A stretch of DNA of 64,000 bases from Candidatus Limnocylindria bacterium (lineage in GTDB: Bacteria > Chloroflexota > Limnocylindria > QHBO01): positions 1,514 through 65,513 of the forward strand of contig JBBQXD010000012.1 of assembly GCA_038209995.1 (NCBI GenBank), given 5' to 3'. Below are positions 28,849-37,437 of this stretch, in pieces. The notes beneath the pieces are model-generated. The model searched no databases. It was not told the origin of the DNA and saw only the letters and a program-made list of their open reading frames with translations. Positions within the stretch are counted from its first letter, which is position 1. Every line of letters starts with the position of its first letter. The translations under genes were made by a program, and so were the position numbers.

Positions 28849-30440
28849 CGGCGGACCGCCCAGATGCGGAGCCCCGGCACGTCGAGGGCGGGCATGTCCG
28901 CGAGGAAGGTCGGGTGGTTGCCGTCGACGTCCGTTCCGGCGGGGCCGTCCCACAGGCCGAGCGCGTCACGGGACGCCCCCTCGGGGAGCTGGACCATCAC
29001 CCAGTCGACCCCGTACGCATCGACGATCCGCCCCAGCACGTTGAACGGGTCGAACGATGGGGCCACGCCGGGGTTGCCGGAGAGGAGGGTCAGGGTCGCG
29101 GGATCGGTGTACATCACGACGTCACGCGTGGCCGCGTGCGAGCGAAAGAACGCCGCGCCCTCGAGGTCGAGGCGGTGGGATCGGTCCCACTCGTGCCAGA
29201 TGGTGAACGAGCCGATCACCGAGAGGACGACCGCGCCCGCGGTCGCCACCACCGCCAGGAACCGATGCGTCTGAGGGCGGCGCAGGAAGGGCCACCAGCG
29301 CCCGATGGCGGTCGCCACCGGCGGCAGCGAGGCGACGGCGAGCGGGATGGCGAACGGCAGCCACGCCGGGGCGGAGTGGTACCAGGCGCCGCGCGGGGCA
29401 TGGAAGGTGAAGATGCCGCCCATCACGACGAACAGCACGACGACGTAGGCGAGGAACGGCCACAGCTCGCGGCGACGGCGCGCCATCCACAGCCCGGGGA
29501 TGAAGGTCACGATGAACGTCCCGCCGAGGAGGACCGCGGTGCGGCCGATGAGCTCGAACCACGACTCGAGCTTGCTGCCGATGATCGCGCCCGGCCCCGA
29601 GGCGAGGTAGGTGCCGAGCGAGATCTCGTGGCCAATGCTGAACTGCTCGTTGTAGCTCGTGATCCATAGCGTGCTGCCGCCGGTCGAGGGCAGGGCGGCG
29701 CCGAAGGTGGCGAGGTTGCGAAGCAGCCACGGCGCCAGAACGGCGAGGAAGCCGGCGGCGCTCACCACGCCTGCCGCCCAGCCCGCGGGCCGCCGGAACT
29801 CGCCGCGCGCCAGCCAGGCGGTGGCGGGGGCGACGGCGAGGAGCGCGCCGTCGATGCGGGCAAGGGTCGCGGCGCCGGCGAGCAGGCCGCTGAGCACGAT
29901 CCACCGCCCGGGATGCGTGGCGCGCACCGCGTGCACGGAGGCCGCCAACGCGCCGGCGCCCAACGCGCCGAAGATCGCGAAGTTCTCGATCGTCGGGTAA
30001 TAGAGAAGGAGCGGCCCGGCGAACGTGGCGAGGATGCCGGACACGATCGCCACCCAGCGTCGCTCGAACAGCCATGCGGCGATGAGGGCGGTGGCGGGAA
30101 CGAGCGCAGCGGCGAGGAGGATGCTCGGCAGCTGGCCGGCGCGGTACCCCGGGCCGAGCAGCGCCATCGGTCCGGCGGCCAGGATCGAGGTGAGCGGCAT
30201 CCAGTGGCCGTTGCTCGGCACGGGGAGGAGCGCCGGGTCGGGGAGGCGGCTGCCGACCTCCAGGAAGCTCCAGATGGCCGGCACGGTGAACCCGTGGCCG
30301 GCGGCGAGGCGCTCGGCGACGAGCGTGTAGTACGCCGGATCGGTGTACGGCGCATAGTCGACCGGCAGGGCGGTCGCGAGGCGTGCGACGAGCCCGAGCA
30401 GCACCAGCCCGGAGAGGTCGCGGAGGGTGAGCCGGTCCAT
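28845..30440 (-). CDS. ArnT/PMT-like (GT39/GT83-type) GT-C glycosyltransferase candidate
   Basis: N-terminus LVLLGLVARLATALPVDYAPYTDPAYYTLVAERLAAGHGF (acidic/aromatic first loop). More than 10 TM helices. C-terminal soluble domain (VMYTDPATLTLLSGNPGVAPSFDPF). Confidence 0.7.
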   Translation of the reverse strand: MDRLTLRDLSGLVLLGLVARLATALPVDYAPYTDPAYYTLVAERLAAGHGFTVPAIWSFLEVGSRLPDPALLPVPSNGHWMPLTSILAAGPMALLGPGYRAGQLPSILLAAALVPATALIAAWLFERRWVAIVSGILATFAGPLLLYYPTIENFAIFGALGAGALAASVHAVRATHPGRWIVLSGLLAGAATLARIDGALLAVAPATAWLARGEFRRPAGWAAGVVSAAGFLAVLAPWLLRNLATFGAALPSTGGSTLWITSYNEQFSIGHEISLGTYLASGPGAIIGSKLESWFELIGRTAVLLGGTFIVTFIPGLWMARRRRELWPFLAYVVVLFVVMGGIFTFHAPRGAWYHSAPAWLPFAIPLAVASLPPVATAIGRWWPFLRRPQTHRFLAVVATAGAVVLSVIGSFTIWHEWDRSHRLDLEGAAFFRSHAATRDVVMYTDPATLTLLSGNPGVAPSFDPFNVLGRIVDAYGVDWVMVQLPEGASRDALGLWDGPAGTDVDGNHPTFLADMPALDVPGLRIWAVRR

Positions 30441-30452
30441 CGGTCCGCGAGT

Positions 30453-31280
30453 CTAGTCGGTGCGTCCGCGCACCAACAGGGGCCGAACGTACGGGCCTGG
30501 CCCGCCCGGCACGAGCGCCACGAGCAGCCACGACAGGTCATACGGCCAGAAGCGCGGCAGCGCCACGACGGCGAGCGCGCCGGCGGCCAGCCACGCCCAA
30601 CGCGTGCGCGCCAGCGCAACCGTGGCCACGACGCCCGCCGCGACGACCGGCACGTAGAGCGGCGTGCCCCACAGGATCGTCCGCTCGCCGGCGTCGGTCG
30701 GGTAGGCCGCGAGGTCGTAGGCGAGCATCGGTGCGACGGCGAGGGCAGTGATGACCGCGAAGAGCGCGAAGCTGCGCCACTGCCCGCGGCCGAGGTAGAC
30801 GAGCGCGAAGGCGGCCGGCACGGCCTTGATGCTGGCCGCGATCGCCACCCAGGCGGGGGCGGTCCATCTGTCCCGCGACCAGACGAGGCTCGCGACGAGA
30901 AGGGGCTGCACGTTGCCGTCCGAGACGCTGCCGAGCAGCGCACCGATGAGCAGGACGTTGACCGGCCACGCCTCTCGCACGCGCCATGCGACATAGGCGA
31001 CGGCCGCCACCGAGCTGACGAGCAGGAGCAGCCGCGAGCCGACGAGCGACCAGAGCGCCGCGAACCACGGGGCGTAGCGGTAGACGTCTGCGACGTTCAT
31101 GCTCCCCGGCGCGTAGAGCGACTCCCCGGCTCGCAGCCGAGCGGCGGCCGCGTCATACGCCGCCACGTCCGGCTGGCCCATGGCCGTCACCGCCCACCAG
31201 CCGAGGACGATGCCGAGGCCGACGCAGACGGCGGTGGCCGGGATGCGGAGCAGCGTCGCGCGAGCCATATGCGAGCGCAT
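30453..31280 (-). CDS. GT87/DUF2029-like polytopic membrane protein
   Basis: DVAAYDAAAARLRAGESLY, VYRYAPWFAALWSLV, ASIKAVPAAFALVYLGRGQWRS. Start uncertain (31280, 31268 or 31331). Confidence 0.7.
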   Translation of the reverse strand: MRSHMARATLLRIPATAVCVGLGIVLGWWAVTAMGQPDVAAYDAAAARLRAGESLYAPGSMNVADVYRYAPWFAALWSLVGSRLLLLVSSVAAVAYVAWRVREAWPVNVLLIGALLGSVSDGNVQPLLVASLVWSRDRWTAPAWVAIAASIKAVPAAFALVYLGRGQWRSFALFAVITALAVAPMLAYDLAAYPTDAGERTILWGTPLYVPVVAAGVVATVALARTRWAWLAAGALAVVALPRFWPYDLSWLLVALVPGGPGPYVRPLLVRGRTD

Positions 31281-31432
31281 GGTGGCACGCGCGTGGGCGC
31301 CTTCGAACCGCCGATGGTCATGGGTCTCCAAGGCTGACGGGCGGAAGGCGCCGATGCGCTACCGTTCGCGAGTGCAATCCCCGGCGACAGGGCCACCCGA
31401 TCCGCTGCGTCAGCTCCCGGCAGCCGTGCCGA

Positions 31433-32251
31433 ATGGCCAGCGCGTCTGACGCGGCCGCGCTCCTCGCCCATTTCCGCCAGCCCGATGGCGGCTTCGGGCC
31501 GTCCGCGCAGGCTCCCTCCGAGCCGGAGCCCACGGCGCTCGCGGCGCTCGCGCTCGACGACGAGCGGGCGCGGGCATGGCTCCTCGACCAGCAGGGCGAT
31601 GACGGGTCGTGGTTGATGGGACCGGCATCGGTCGGCAATGACGCCGCCACCTCATGGGCCGCGCTCGCGGTGGATGGCATTGCCCGTGAGCACGCGCTCG
31701 ACTACCTCGTCGCGCACCGCGCGGTGCAGGCCGGCGCCGACGACCGCGTCCCGCACGACATCGCCACCCGCGGCTGGAGCTGGACGCCGTCGATCTTCGG
31801 CTGGGTGGAGCCGACCTCCCGCGCCACGCTCGTCCTGAAGCTCCTCCGCCCCGCCGCCACCCCCGAGATCGCCGACGGGATCGCCGTGCTCGCAGATCGC
31901 GAATGCGTCGACGGCGGCTGGAACTACGGCAACCGCCGCGTGCTCGAGGTCGACCTTCCGCCCTTCCTTCAGACGAGCGCCGCGGGCCTGATGGCGGTCC
32001 ACGACGGCCCCGCCGATCTTCGCGCGCGGGGCGTGGCCACCGTCGAGCGGCTGTGGCGGGACGAGCAGGGCGGGCTCGGGTGGGCGATGGGTGTTGTGGC
32101 GCTGCGGCTCTCCGGCGAGGCGGTGACCGGCCACGCGGACGAGCTAGCGCGTCTCATCGACGACACCCGGCTCCTCGACGACACGGTCGCCCTGGCGTGG
32201 GCGACGCTCGCCCTCGGCGAGGGCTGGCAGCAGCTGCGCGTGGGCCGATGA
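31433..32251 (+). CDS. prenyltransferase/squalene-oxidase-repeat (terpenoid-cyclase-like alpha/alpha toroid) protein
   Basis: Repeated QxxDGGF/W-type motifs: FRQPDGGFG, QQGDDGSWL, CVDGGWNYGN, DEQGGLGW. ATGA overlap with the next gene. Confidence 0.55.
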   Translation: MASASDAAALLAHFRQPDGGFGPSAQAPSEPEPTALAALALDDERARAWLLDQQGDDGSWLMGPASVGNDAATSWAALAVDGIAREHALDYLVAHRAVQAGADDRVPHDIATRGWSWTPSIFGWVEPTSRATLVLKLLRPAATPEIADGIAVLADRECVDGGWNYGNRRVLEVDLPPFLQTSAAGLMAVHDGPADLRARGVATVERLWRDEQGGLGWAMGVVALRLSGEAVTGHADELARLIDDTRLLDDTVALAWATLALGEGWQQLRVGR

Positions 32252-33384
32252 GCGACGAGCGCATGGATGACGAGCCGCGCCACCTGCCCGGTGACGCGCC
32301 CGGCGACGCCGTCGAGCGCGTCCTGCGGCACCGCCTCTCCCGGCGGCGGTTCCTCATCCGCACGGCGCAGATCACCCTGGCCGCGGGCGCGGTCGGGATC
32401 GGTGTCGCGGGCTGGCTCGCCCAGCAGCGCCCGTCGCCGTGGAATCCGGCGAAGTTCGCGCCCCTCGGCCGCTCGAGGGTTGCCGTGCTCACCGCGTCCG
32501 GCTACGGCATCGACCTCGAGGCGCGGGTGCGCGACGCGCTCACGCTGCTCAACGTCGACGTGGCGCATCGGTCCATCCTCCTCAAGCCGAACATCGTCGA
32601 GTTCGATCCCCGTGCCGCGATCAATACCGACCCGCGCCTGGTGGCCGCCACGGTCGCCGCGATGCGGAGCATGGGCGCCAGCTCGGTCACCGTCGGCGAG
32701 GGATCCGGGCATAGGCGGGACACGCAGTACATCGCCTCGCGCTCGGGCCTGCTCGATTTGCTGCGCGACGTCGATGCGCCGTTCGTCGACCTCAACACGG
32801 CGCCGGTGCGGCGCGTGACGCTCGACTCGCAGTTCACGCGGCTCGGCGAGCTGTGGCTGCCGACGCCGATCCTCGATGCCGACCTCGTCGTCTCGATGCC
32901 GAAGCTCAAGACCCACCACTGGGGCGGTGTCACCCTCTCCCTGAAGAACTGCTTCGGGATGGTCCCGAGCCGCATCTACGGCTGGCCGAAGAACGTGCTC
33001 CACTGGGCGGGCCTCAACGGCTCGATCCTCGACGTCGCCGCGGCGGTGCGCCCCGGCCTGGCGATCGTGGACGGGATCGTCGGCATGCAGGGCAACGGGC
33101 CGATCCAGGGCGACCCGGTCAACGCGGGCGTCATCATCGTCGGGACCGATCCGGTGGCCGTCGACAGCACCGCGGCCCTGCTCATGGAGATCGACCCCGA
33201 GCGCGTCGAGTACCTCTTCGATGCCGGCCGCTTCCTCGGGCAGCTGCACCCCGAGCTCATCGACCAGGTCGGCGAGGACCTCGGACCGCTCGCCACCCCG
33301 TTCGCGCTGCTCCCGCAGTTCGCCGCGCTGCGGATCGGCGCGTTGCCGAGCCCGTCGGCCGCCAAATCGGACCCCGGGGCCTAG
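32248..33384 (+). CDS. DUF362-domain protein with Tat-type signal peptide
   Basis: Twin-arginine signal LSRRRFLIRTAQITLAAGAVG. DUF362 hallmarks ILLKPNIVEF, TVGEGSG, MPKLKTHHWGGVTLSLKNCFG, IVDGIVGMQGNGP. Confidence 0.8.
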   Translation: MSDERMDDEPRHLPGDAPGDAVERVLRHRLSRRRFLIRTAQITLAAGAVGIGVAGWLAQQRPSPWNPAKFAPLGRSRVAVLTASGYGIDLEARVRDALTLLNVDVAHRSILLKPNIVEFDPRAAINTDPRLVAATVAAMRSMGASSVTVGEGSGHRRDTQYIASRSGLLDLLRDVDAPFVDLNTAPVRRVTLDSQFTRLGELWLPTPILDADLVVSMPKLKTHHWGGVTLSLKNCFGMVPSRIYGWPKNVLHWAGLNGSILDVAAAVRPGLAIVDGIVGMQGNGPIQGDPVNAGVIIVGTDPVAVDSTAALLMEIDPERVEYLFDAGRFLGQLHPELIDQVGEDLGPLATPFALLPQFAALRIGALPSPSAAKSDPGA

Positions 33385-33388
33385 GGCG

Positions 33389-34828
33389 TCAACCCGCGGC
33401 GCAGCGGACGAGGAGCACCTTGCGGTCGTCGCGGTAGGCCTCGCACCACCCGTGGTCCGTGGCCCCGCCCCCCTTCGTGATCGGCGCCCCGGGCGGGAAG
33501 AGCATCGCCTCCACCCCGTAGCGGTCGACGAGCGCCTGCCATCCGGGATCCGCCGCTCGCACGTGCGAGTAGTCATCGAGGATGCGCTGGTCGTACATGT
33601 CGTTCCGCCCGTCCACGAAGACGCGCCCGCCCGACGGGTAGATACGGCTGATCGCGTAGCCGCCCCAGCCGTACTCGGCCATGAGACGGACCCGCGGCAG
33701 CTTCGCGCTCAGCACGTTGAGCGCGGCGGCGGGGTAGTCGTCCTCGCGGATCGCCGGCTTCGCGCCGGGCCACAGCACGGCGAACGCGACGATCACGACG
33801 AGCGCGGCGACGCCGGCCTCCATGAGCCGCCTTGCCCGCGCGGTGCGCGGCGGGCGCTCGCGCGGCGGGCCCGCGAAGCGCGACTCGATCCCGATCCCGA
33901 GCGCCGGCGCGGCGAGGATCGCGGCGAGCGGGATGTTGCGCAGCGAGGCGAGCCCGGCCACCACGCCGATCCAGCTCAGCAGGACGAGCCATCCCGGCGC
34001 GCGGCGACCGCCGTTCGCGATGAGCGCCACGATGAGGAGCAGGAACGCCCAGTGCGCCGGGTCGTGGAAGTTCGGCGACTGCCACTCCTGGATGTTCGCC
34101 AGGCCCCAGTCGCCGGCGTCGATGTAGCGCAGCGGGTAGAGGACGCCCGCCGGACCCGCCGGGGTGAGCATCGTGGCAAGGATCGAGAGACCGAAGACCA
34201 GGAGCATCCGGCCGCGGGCGGCGGCCATCGGGGTGCGGCCGGCGAGTGTGAACGTGGTGTAGACCGCGAGGACGCCGAGCCCCACCACCCACAGGCCGTG
34301 GAGATTCGCCCACGCCGCGAACAGCACCGGAATGAGGAGCGCTGCCCGCAAGCGGTCCGCGCGCAGGGCGTCGAGCCACGCGACGAGCCCCGCGAGCAGC
34401 GCCCACGACAGGGCCTGCGGCCGCACGGTGAGGAAGCTCGCCAGGATCCCCGCGGCGAGTACCACCGGCACCGCCACGGCCAGCGTCCGCGCCCCGCGGC
34501 GCGCGAGGAGGAAAGCGACGAGACCGAGGGTCACGAGGCCGAGGAGCCCGAAGGCGACGAGCGCGCCCATCGGTCCGACGGCGTCCTGCACGACGGTCAT
34601 GAGCACCTCGCCGAGCCATTCGTGCGGCGTCCACGGCTGGCCGGCCCAGGTGAAGGAGAACGGATCGACCGATGGGATGCCGCTGGTCGTGATGAGGTGC
34701 CCGACCGTCACGTGCCAGAAGTAGTCCGGGTCGTTGATCCCGCGACCGATGACGACGGCGAGCAGGATCAGCCCCGCGGCGGCGACGAGGATCACGGTCG
34801 GCGACGGCAGGGTGCGCAGTCGTGACAT
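33389..34828 (-). CDS. polytopic membrane protein with DxD first loop (GT-C-like candidate)
   Basis: MSRLRTLPSPTVILVAAAGLILLAVVIGRGINDPDYFWHVTVGHLITTSGIPSVDPFSFTWAGQPWTPHEWLGEVLM. More than 10 TM helices plus a C-terminal soluble domain. Paralog of the divergent neighbour. Confidence 0.7.
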   Translation of the reverse strand: MSRLRTLPSPTVILVAAAGLILLAVVIGRGINDPDYFWHVTVGHLITTSGIPSVDPFSFTWAGQPWTPHEWLGEVLMTVVQDAVGPMGALVAFGLLGLVTLGLVAFLLARRGARTLAVAVPVVLAAGILASFLTVRPQALSWALLAGLVAWLDALRADRLRAALLIPVLFAAWANLHGLWVVGLGVLAVYTTFTLAGRTPMAAARGRMLLVFGLSILATMLTPAGPAGVLYPLRYIDAGDWGLANIQEWQSPNFHDPAHWAFLLLIVALIANGGRRAPGWLVLLSWIGVVAGLASLRNIPLAAILAAPALGIGIESRFAGPPRERPPRTARARRLMEAGVAALVVIVAFAVLWPGAKPAIREDDYPAAALNVLSAKLPRVRLMAEYGWGGYAISRIYPSGGRVFVDGRNDMYDQRILDDYSHVRAADPGWQALVDRYGVEAMLFPPGAPITKGGGATDHGWCEAYRDDRKVLLVRCAAG

Positions 34829-34937
34829 CGCCGGTGAGTCTAGAGGCTGCCCATCACGGCGCGAGCGACCGAAGGTACCAGCGACGCACCGGCGCCCCGC
34901 GGAGATACCCTTGCCGCTCGTGAAGTCCCGACTCCCG

Positions 34938-36437
34938 ATGAGCGCGGTCGCCGTGGTGGCATTCTTCGCCCTCGTCGTCCTGCCCCGCACCTCCGTGCCG
35001 CTCCTCGACGGCGACGTGTGGTGGCACCTCCGCGCCGGCGAAACGGTGCTCGACACCGGGCACGTCCCGGCGGTCGATGCCTGGACGATCGTCGGCGAGG
35101 GGATGCGCTGGATCAGCCAGGACTGGCTGACGAACAGCATCATGGCCGCGGTCGTGCGGGCGGGCGGCGGGTCCGGGATGACGCTCCTGTCGCTGCTCTT
35201 CGCGGCGCTCGTGGTCGTCGCCGTCGCGCTCCTCTGGGCGGCCATCGGGCGGCGGGTACCGCGCGTCGGGTGGCTGGCGCGGATCGGCTGGCTGACCCTC
35301 GCCCTGATCGTCGCCGGACCGATCGCCGGGGTGCGCGTCCAGACCATCGACCTGCTGATGACCGCGCTGGCGGCCTGGGTCCTGTGGAGCTACCTCGCCG
35401 ATCGCCGGGCGCGCTGGCTCGTCGCCCTGCCACTCATCTCGGTGGCGTGGGTCAACCTCCACGCCGGCTGGCCGCTGCTCATGGCGCTCATCGGCGGGAT
35501 CGCCGTTGGGGAGGCCGGCGATCGGCTCGTTCCACGTGGAACGGCTGCATCCGGGCGCGAGCCGCTGACCTGGTCGCAGATTGGATGGCTGGCCTTGGCC
35601 GGCACTGCCGCGTTCGCGGTGGTGGCGATCAACCCGAACGGGCTGGCGATGTTCGGCTACCCGTTCGCGACCGCCTCGATCGCGTCCCACCGCGACTTCA
35701 TCTTTGAGTGGTCACGGCCCGACTTCGGCTCGTTCCCCGGGCAGATGGTCTTCGTCCTGCTGCTGGTGGCGGTCATCCCGACCCTCGTCGTCGCGCGCCG
35801 CACGATGCCGCTCGCCGACGCCCTGTGGCTCATTGGCCTCGCCGCGATGTCCCTGACCGCCATCCGCTTCGCGCTCCTCGCCGGGCCGATCTGCGCCGCC
35901 GTCGCCGCCGTCCATCTCTCGCCGCGGCTCGCGGCCTGGCGCCCGTTGCGCGGCGCGGCGATGGCAGCGGAACGCATGGAGCGGCAATCCCGCGGCGGGC
36001 TCGGCGCCGTGAACCTGGTCCTCGCCGGGCTCGTGCTCGTCTTTGGCGTGGCCATCTCGTACGGGCGCGTCACGCCGGCGGTCCAGGCGTCCGAGATCGC
36101 GGGCGCGATGCCCGTCGCCGCGGCGGCATGGCTTCGCGACCACGACCCGACGGCGCGCATCTTCAACGTCTACGCCTGGGGCGGCTACCTCGGTCGGGAG
36201 CTCCCGGCGGGCCGCGTCTACATCGACGGCCGCTCGGACATCTACGGCGACGGACCGATCCGGGCCTACGCGCGGGCCATCTCCCTGGAGACCGATCCGG
36301 CGCCGCTGCTCGCCGCGGCCGGCGTCGACGCGGTCGTCTTCTGGCCCGACTCCGCCCTGGCCGGCTGGCTCGATACTCACGGCTGGCGACGCGTCCACGC
36401 GGATCCGGTCGCCGCGATCTGGATGAGGCGCGTCTGA
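34938..36437 (+). CDS. polytopic membrane protein with DxD first loop (GT-C-like candidate), paralog of 33389-34828
   Basis: VVLPRTSVPLLDGDVWWHLRAGETVLDTGHVPAVDAWTIVGEGMRWISQDWLTNSIM parallels the neighbour's N-terminus. Similar C-terminal domain (IFNVYAWGGYLGRELPAGRVYIDGRSDIYGD versus MAEYGWGGYAISRIYPSGGRVFVDGRNDMYD). GTG at 34920 is an alternative start. Confidence 0.7.
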   Translation: MSAVAVVAFFALVVLPRTSVPLLDGDVWWHLRAGETVLDTGHVPAVDAWTIVGEGMRWISQDWLTNSIMAAVVRAGGGSGMTLLSLLFAALVVVAVALLWAAIGRRVPRVGWLARIGWLTLALIVAGPIAGVRVQTIDLLMTALAAWVLWSYLADRRARWLVALPLISVAWVNLHAGWPLLMALIGGIAVGEAGDRLVPRGTAASGREPLTWSQIGWLALAGTAAFAVVAINPNGLAMFGYPFATASIASHRDFIFEWSRPDFGSFPGQMVFVLLLVAVIPTLVVARRTMPLADALWLIGLAAMSLTAIRFALLAGPICAAVAAVHLSPRLAAWRPLRGAAMAAERMERQSRGGLGAVNLVLAGLVLVFGVAISYGRVTPAVQASEIAGAMPVAAAAWLRDHDPTARIFNVYAWGGYLGRELPAGRVYIDGRSDIYGDGPIRAYARAISLETDPAPLLAAAGVDAVVFWPDSALAGWLDTHGWRRVHADPVAAIWMRRV

Positions 36438-36514
36438 GGCGCGTGCGTCAGGGGGACCCGCCGGCACAATCCCGGGGCCGAGAGCGCTCGGAGCCTGCGT
36501 GACCTCGGCGCCTC

Positions 36515-36660
36515 TGTGCGCTCAGGAGCACCCAAACGCGGCGCAGCGGCTTGGTCGCGACCTCGCCGTGCACGGCAGCGCACACCGCGACTGCTCGATG
36601 CGGCCGGCGGTCATCGCCTGCCGCTTGCGTGCGCCTGGGCACACAACGGCCCCGGAAGGT
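36515..36660 (+). repeat. possible degenerate third copy of the intergenic element seen at 37438-37608 and 39913-40084
   Basis: Shares AACGCGGCGCAGCGGCTTGG (compare AACGGCGCAGCGTTGG), the exact 11-mer TTGCGTGCGCC, and GGCGCACAAC. Spacing differs by ~50 nt from the other copies. Confidence 0.35.
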
Positions 36661-36732
36661 GGGCTGAGGCGCACAACCCTCCCTAACCAGTAGCTAAGCG
36701 GCCGATAAGCGACGCAACTTCAGGATCGGTCC

Positions 36733-37386
36733 ATGTCGAACCGACCATTCGCCCGCCGCGATGCCAGCTTCGCGGCGAGGACCGCCCTTCTCGAGGCCGG
36801 GCGCGAGTTGCGCATCGGCCGGCTGACCGCCGGGTTGACCCAGCAGCAGGTCGCGGTGCAGCTCGGGCTTGACCGGTCACACGTCAGCCGCGTCGAGCGA
36901 GGCCGTCTCGGCGGTCTCGGCCTCATCTCCATCGCACGGCACGCCGCCATCGTCGGGTTGCGACCGTGGCTCCGCCTCTACCCGGCGAGCCGGCGCCCTC
37001 TCGACGGTCAACAACTCGCGTTGTTCGCAGCGTTCCGTACGAAGATCAGCCCGGCGTGGCAGGTGGCGATCGAAGTCCCCATGCCCATCGAACGCGACCT
37101 TCGCGCGGCCGACGCCGTGATCGCAATCGTCGGGTGCCGATGCATGGTGGAGGTCATCACGCGCCTCGCCGATCTGCAGGCCCAGCTCAGGGCGGCCCGC
37201 CGCAAGCAGCGGGACCTCGGCGCGGATCGACTCCTTCTCATCGTTCGTGGCACGGCAACGAATCGCCGCGCGGTTCGAGACGCCGGCCCCTGGATCGCGG
37301 ACGCGCTACCACTGGGCACACGGGCGTGCCTTCGCTCGCTCAGCGCGGGGATCGACCCTGGGGCCGATGGGCTCCTGCTCCTCTGA
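36733..37386 (+). CDS. XRE-family helix-turn-helix protein with uncharacterised C-terminal domain
   Basis: HTH LTQQQVAVQLGLDRSHVSRVERG. The C-terminal ~130 aa has no confident family assignment. Confidence 0.7.
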   Translation: MSNRPFARRDASFAARTALLEAGRELRIGRLTAGLTQQQVAVQLGLDRSHVSRVERGRLGGLGLISIARHAAIVGLRPWLRLYPASRRPLDGQQLALFAAFRTKISPAWQVAIEVPMPIERDLRAADAVIAIVGCRCMVEVITRLADLQAQLRAARRKQRDLGADRLLLIVRGTATNRRAVRDAGPWIADALPLGTRACLRSLSAGIDPGADGLLLL

Positions 37387-37437
37387 GGCGCTTTTGAGGC
37401 GCTCCCGCAGGTCGGCGCTGCGCCGGCCCATAATGTG

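Noticed and set aside
26033-28969. 978-aa minus-strand ORF, one of the longest in the track
   Set aside because: It runs antisense through the SpeE-fold membrane protein gene, then through an intergenic region and out of frame across a GT87-like gene. It has an extreme Arg/Pro/Gly bias and no motifs.
31969-34825. Long ORFs 31969-33576 (minus, 535 aa) and 33221-34825 (plus, 534 aa)
   Set aside because: Each is antisense to a gene with strong evidence (DUF362 with a Tat signal; a polytopic membrane paralog). Both have shadow-frame composition.
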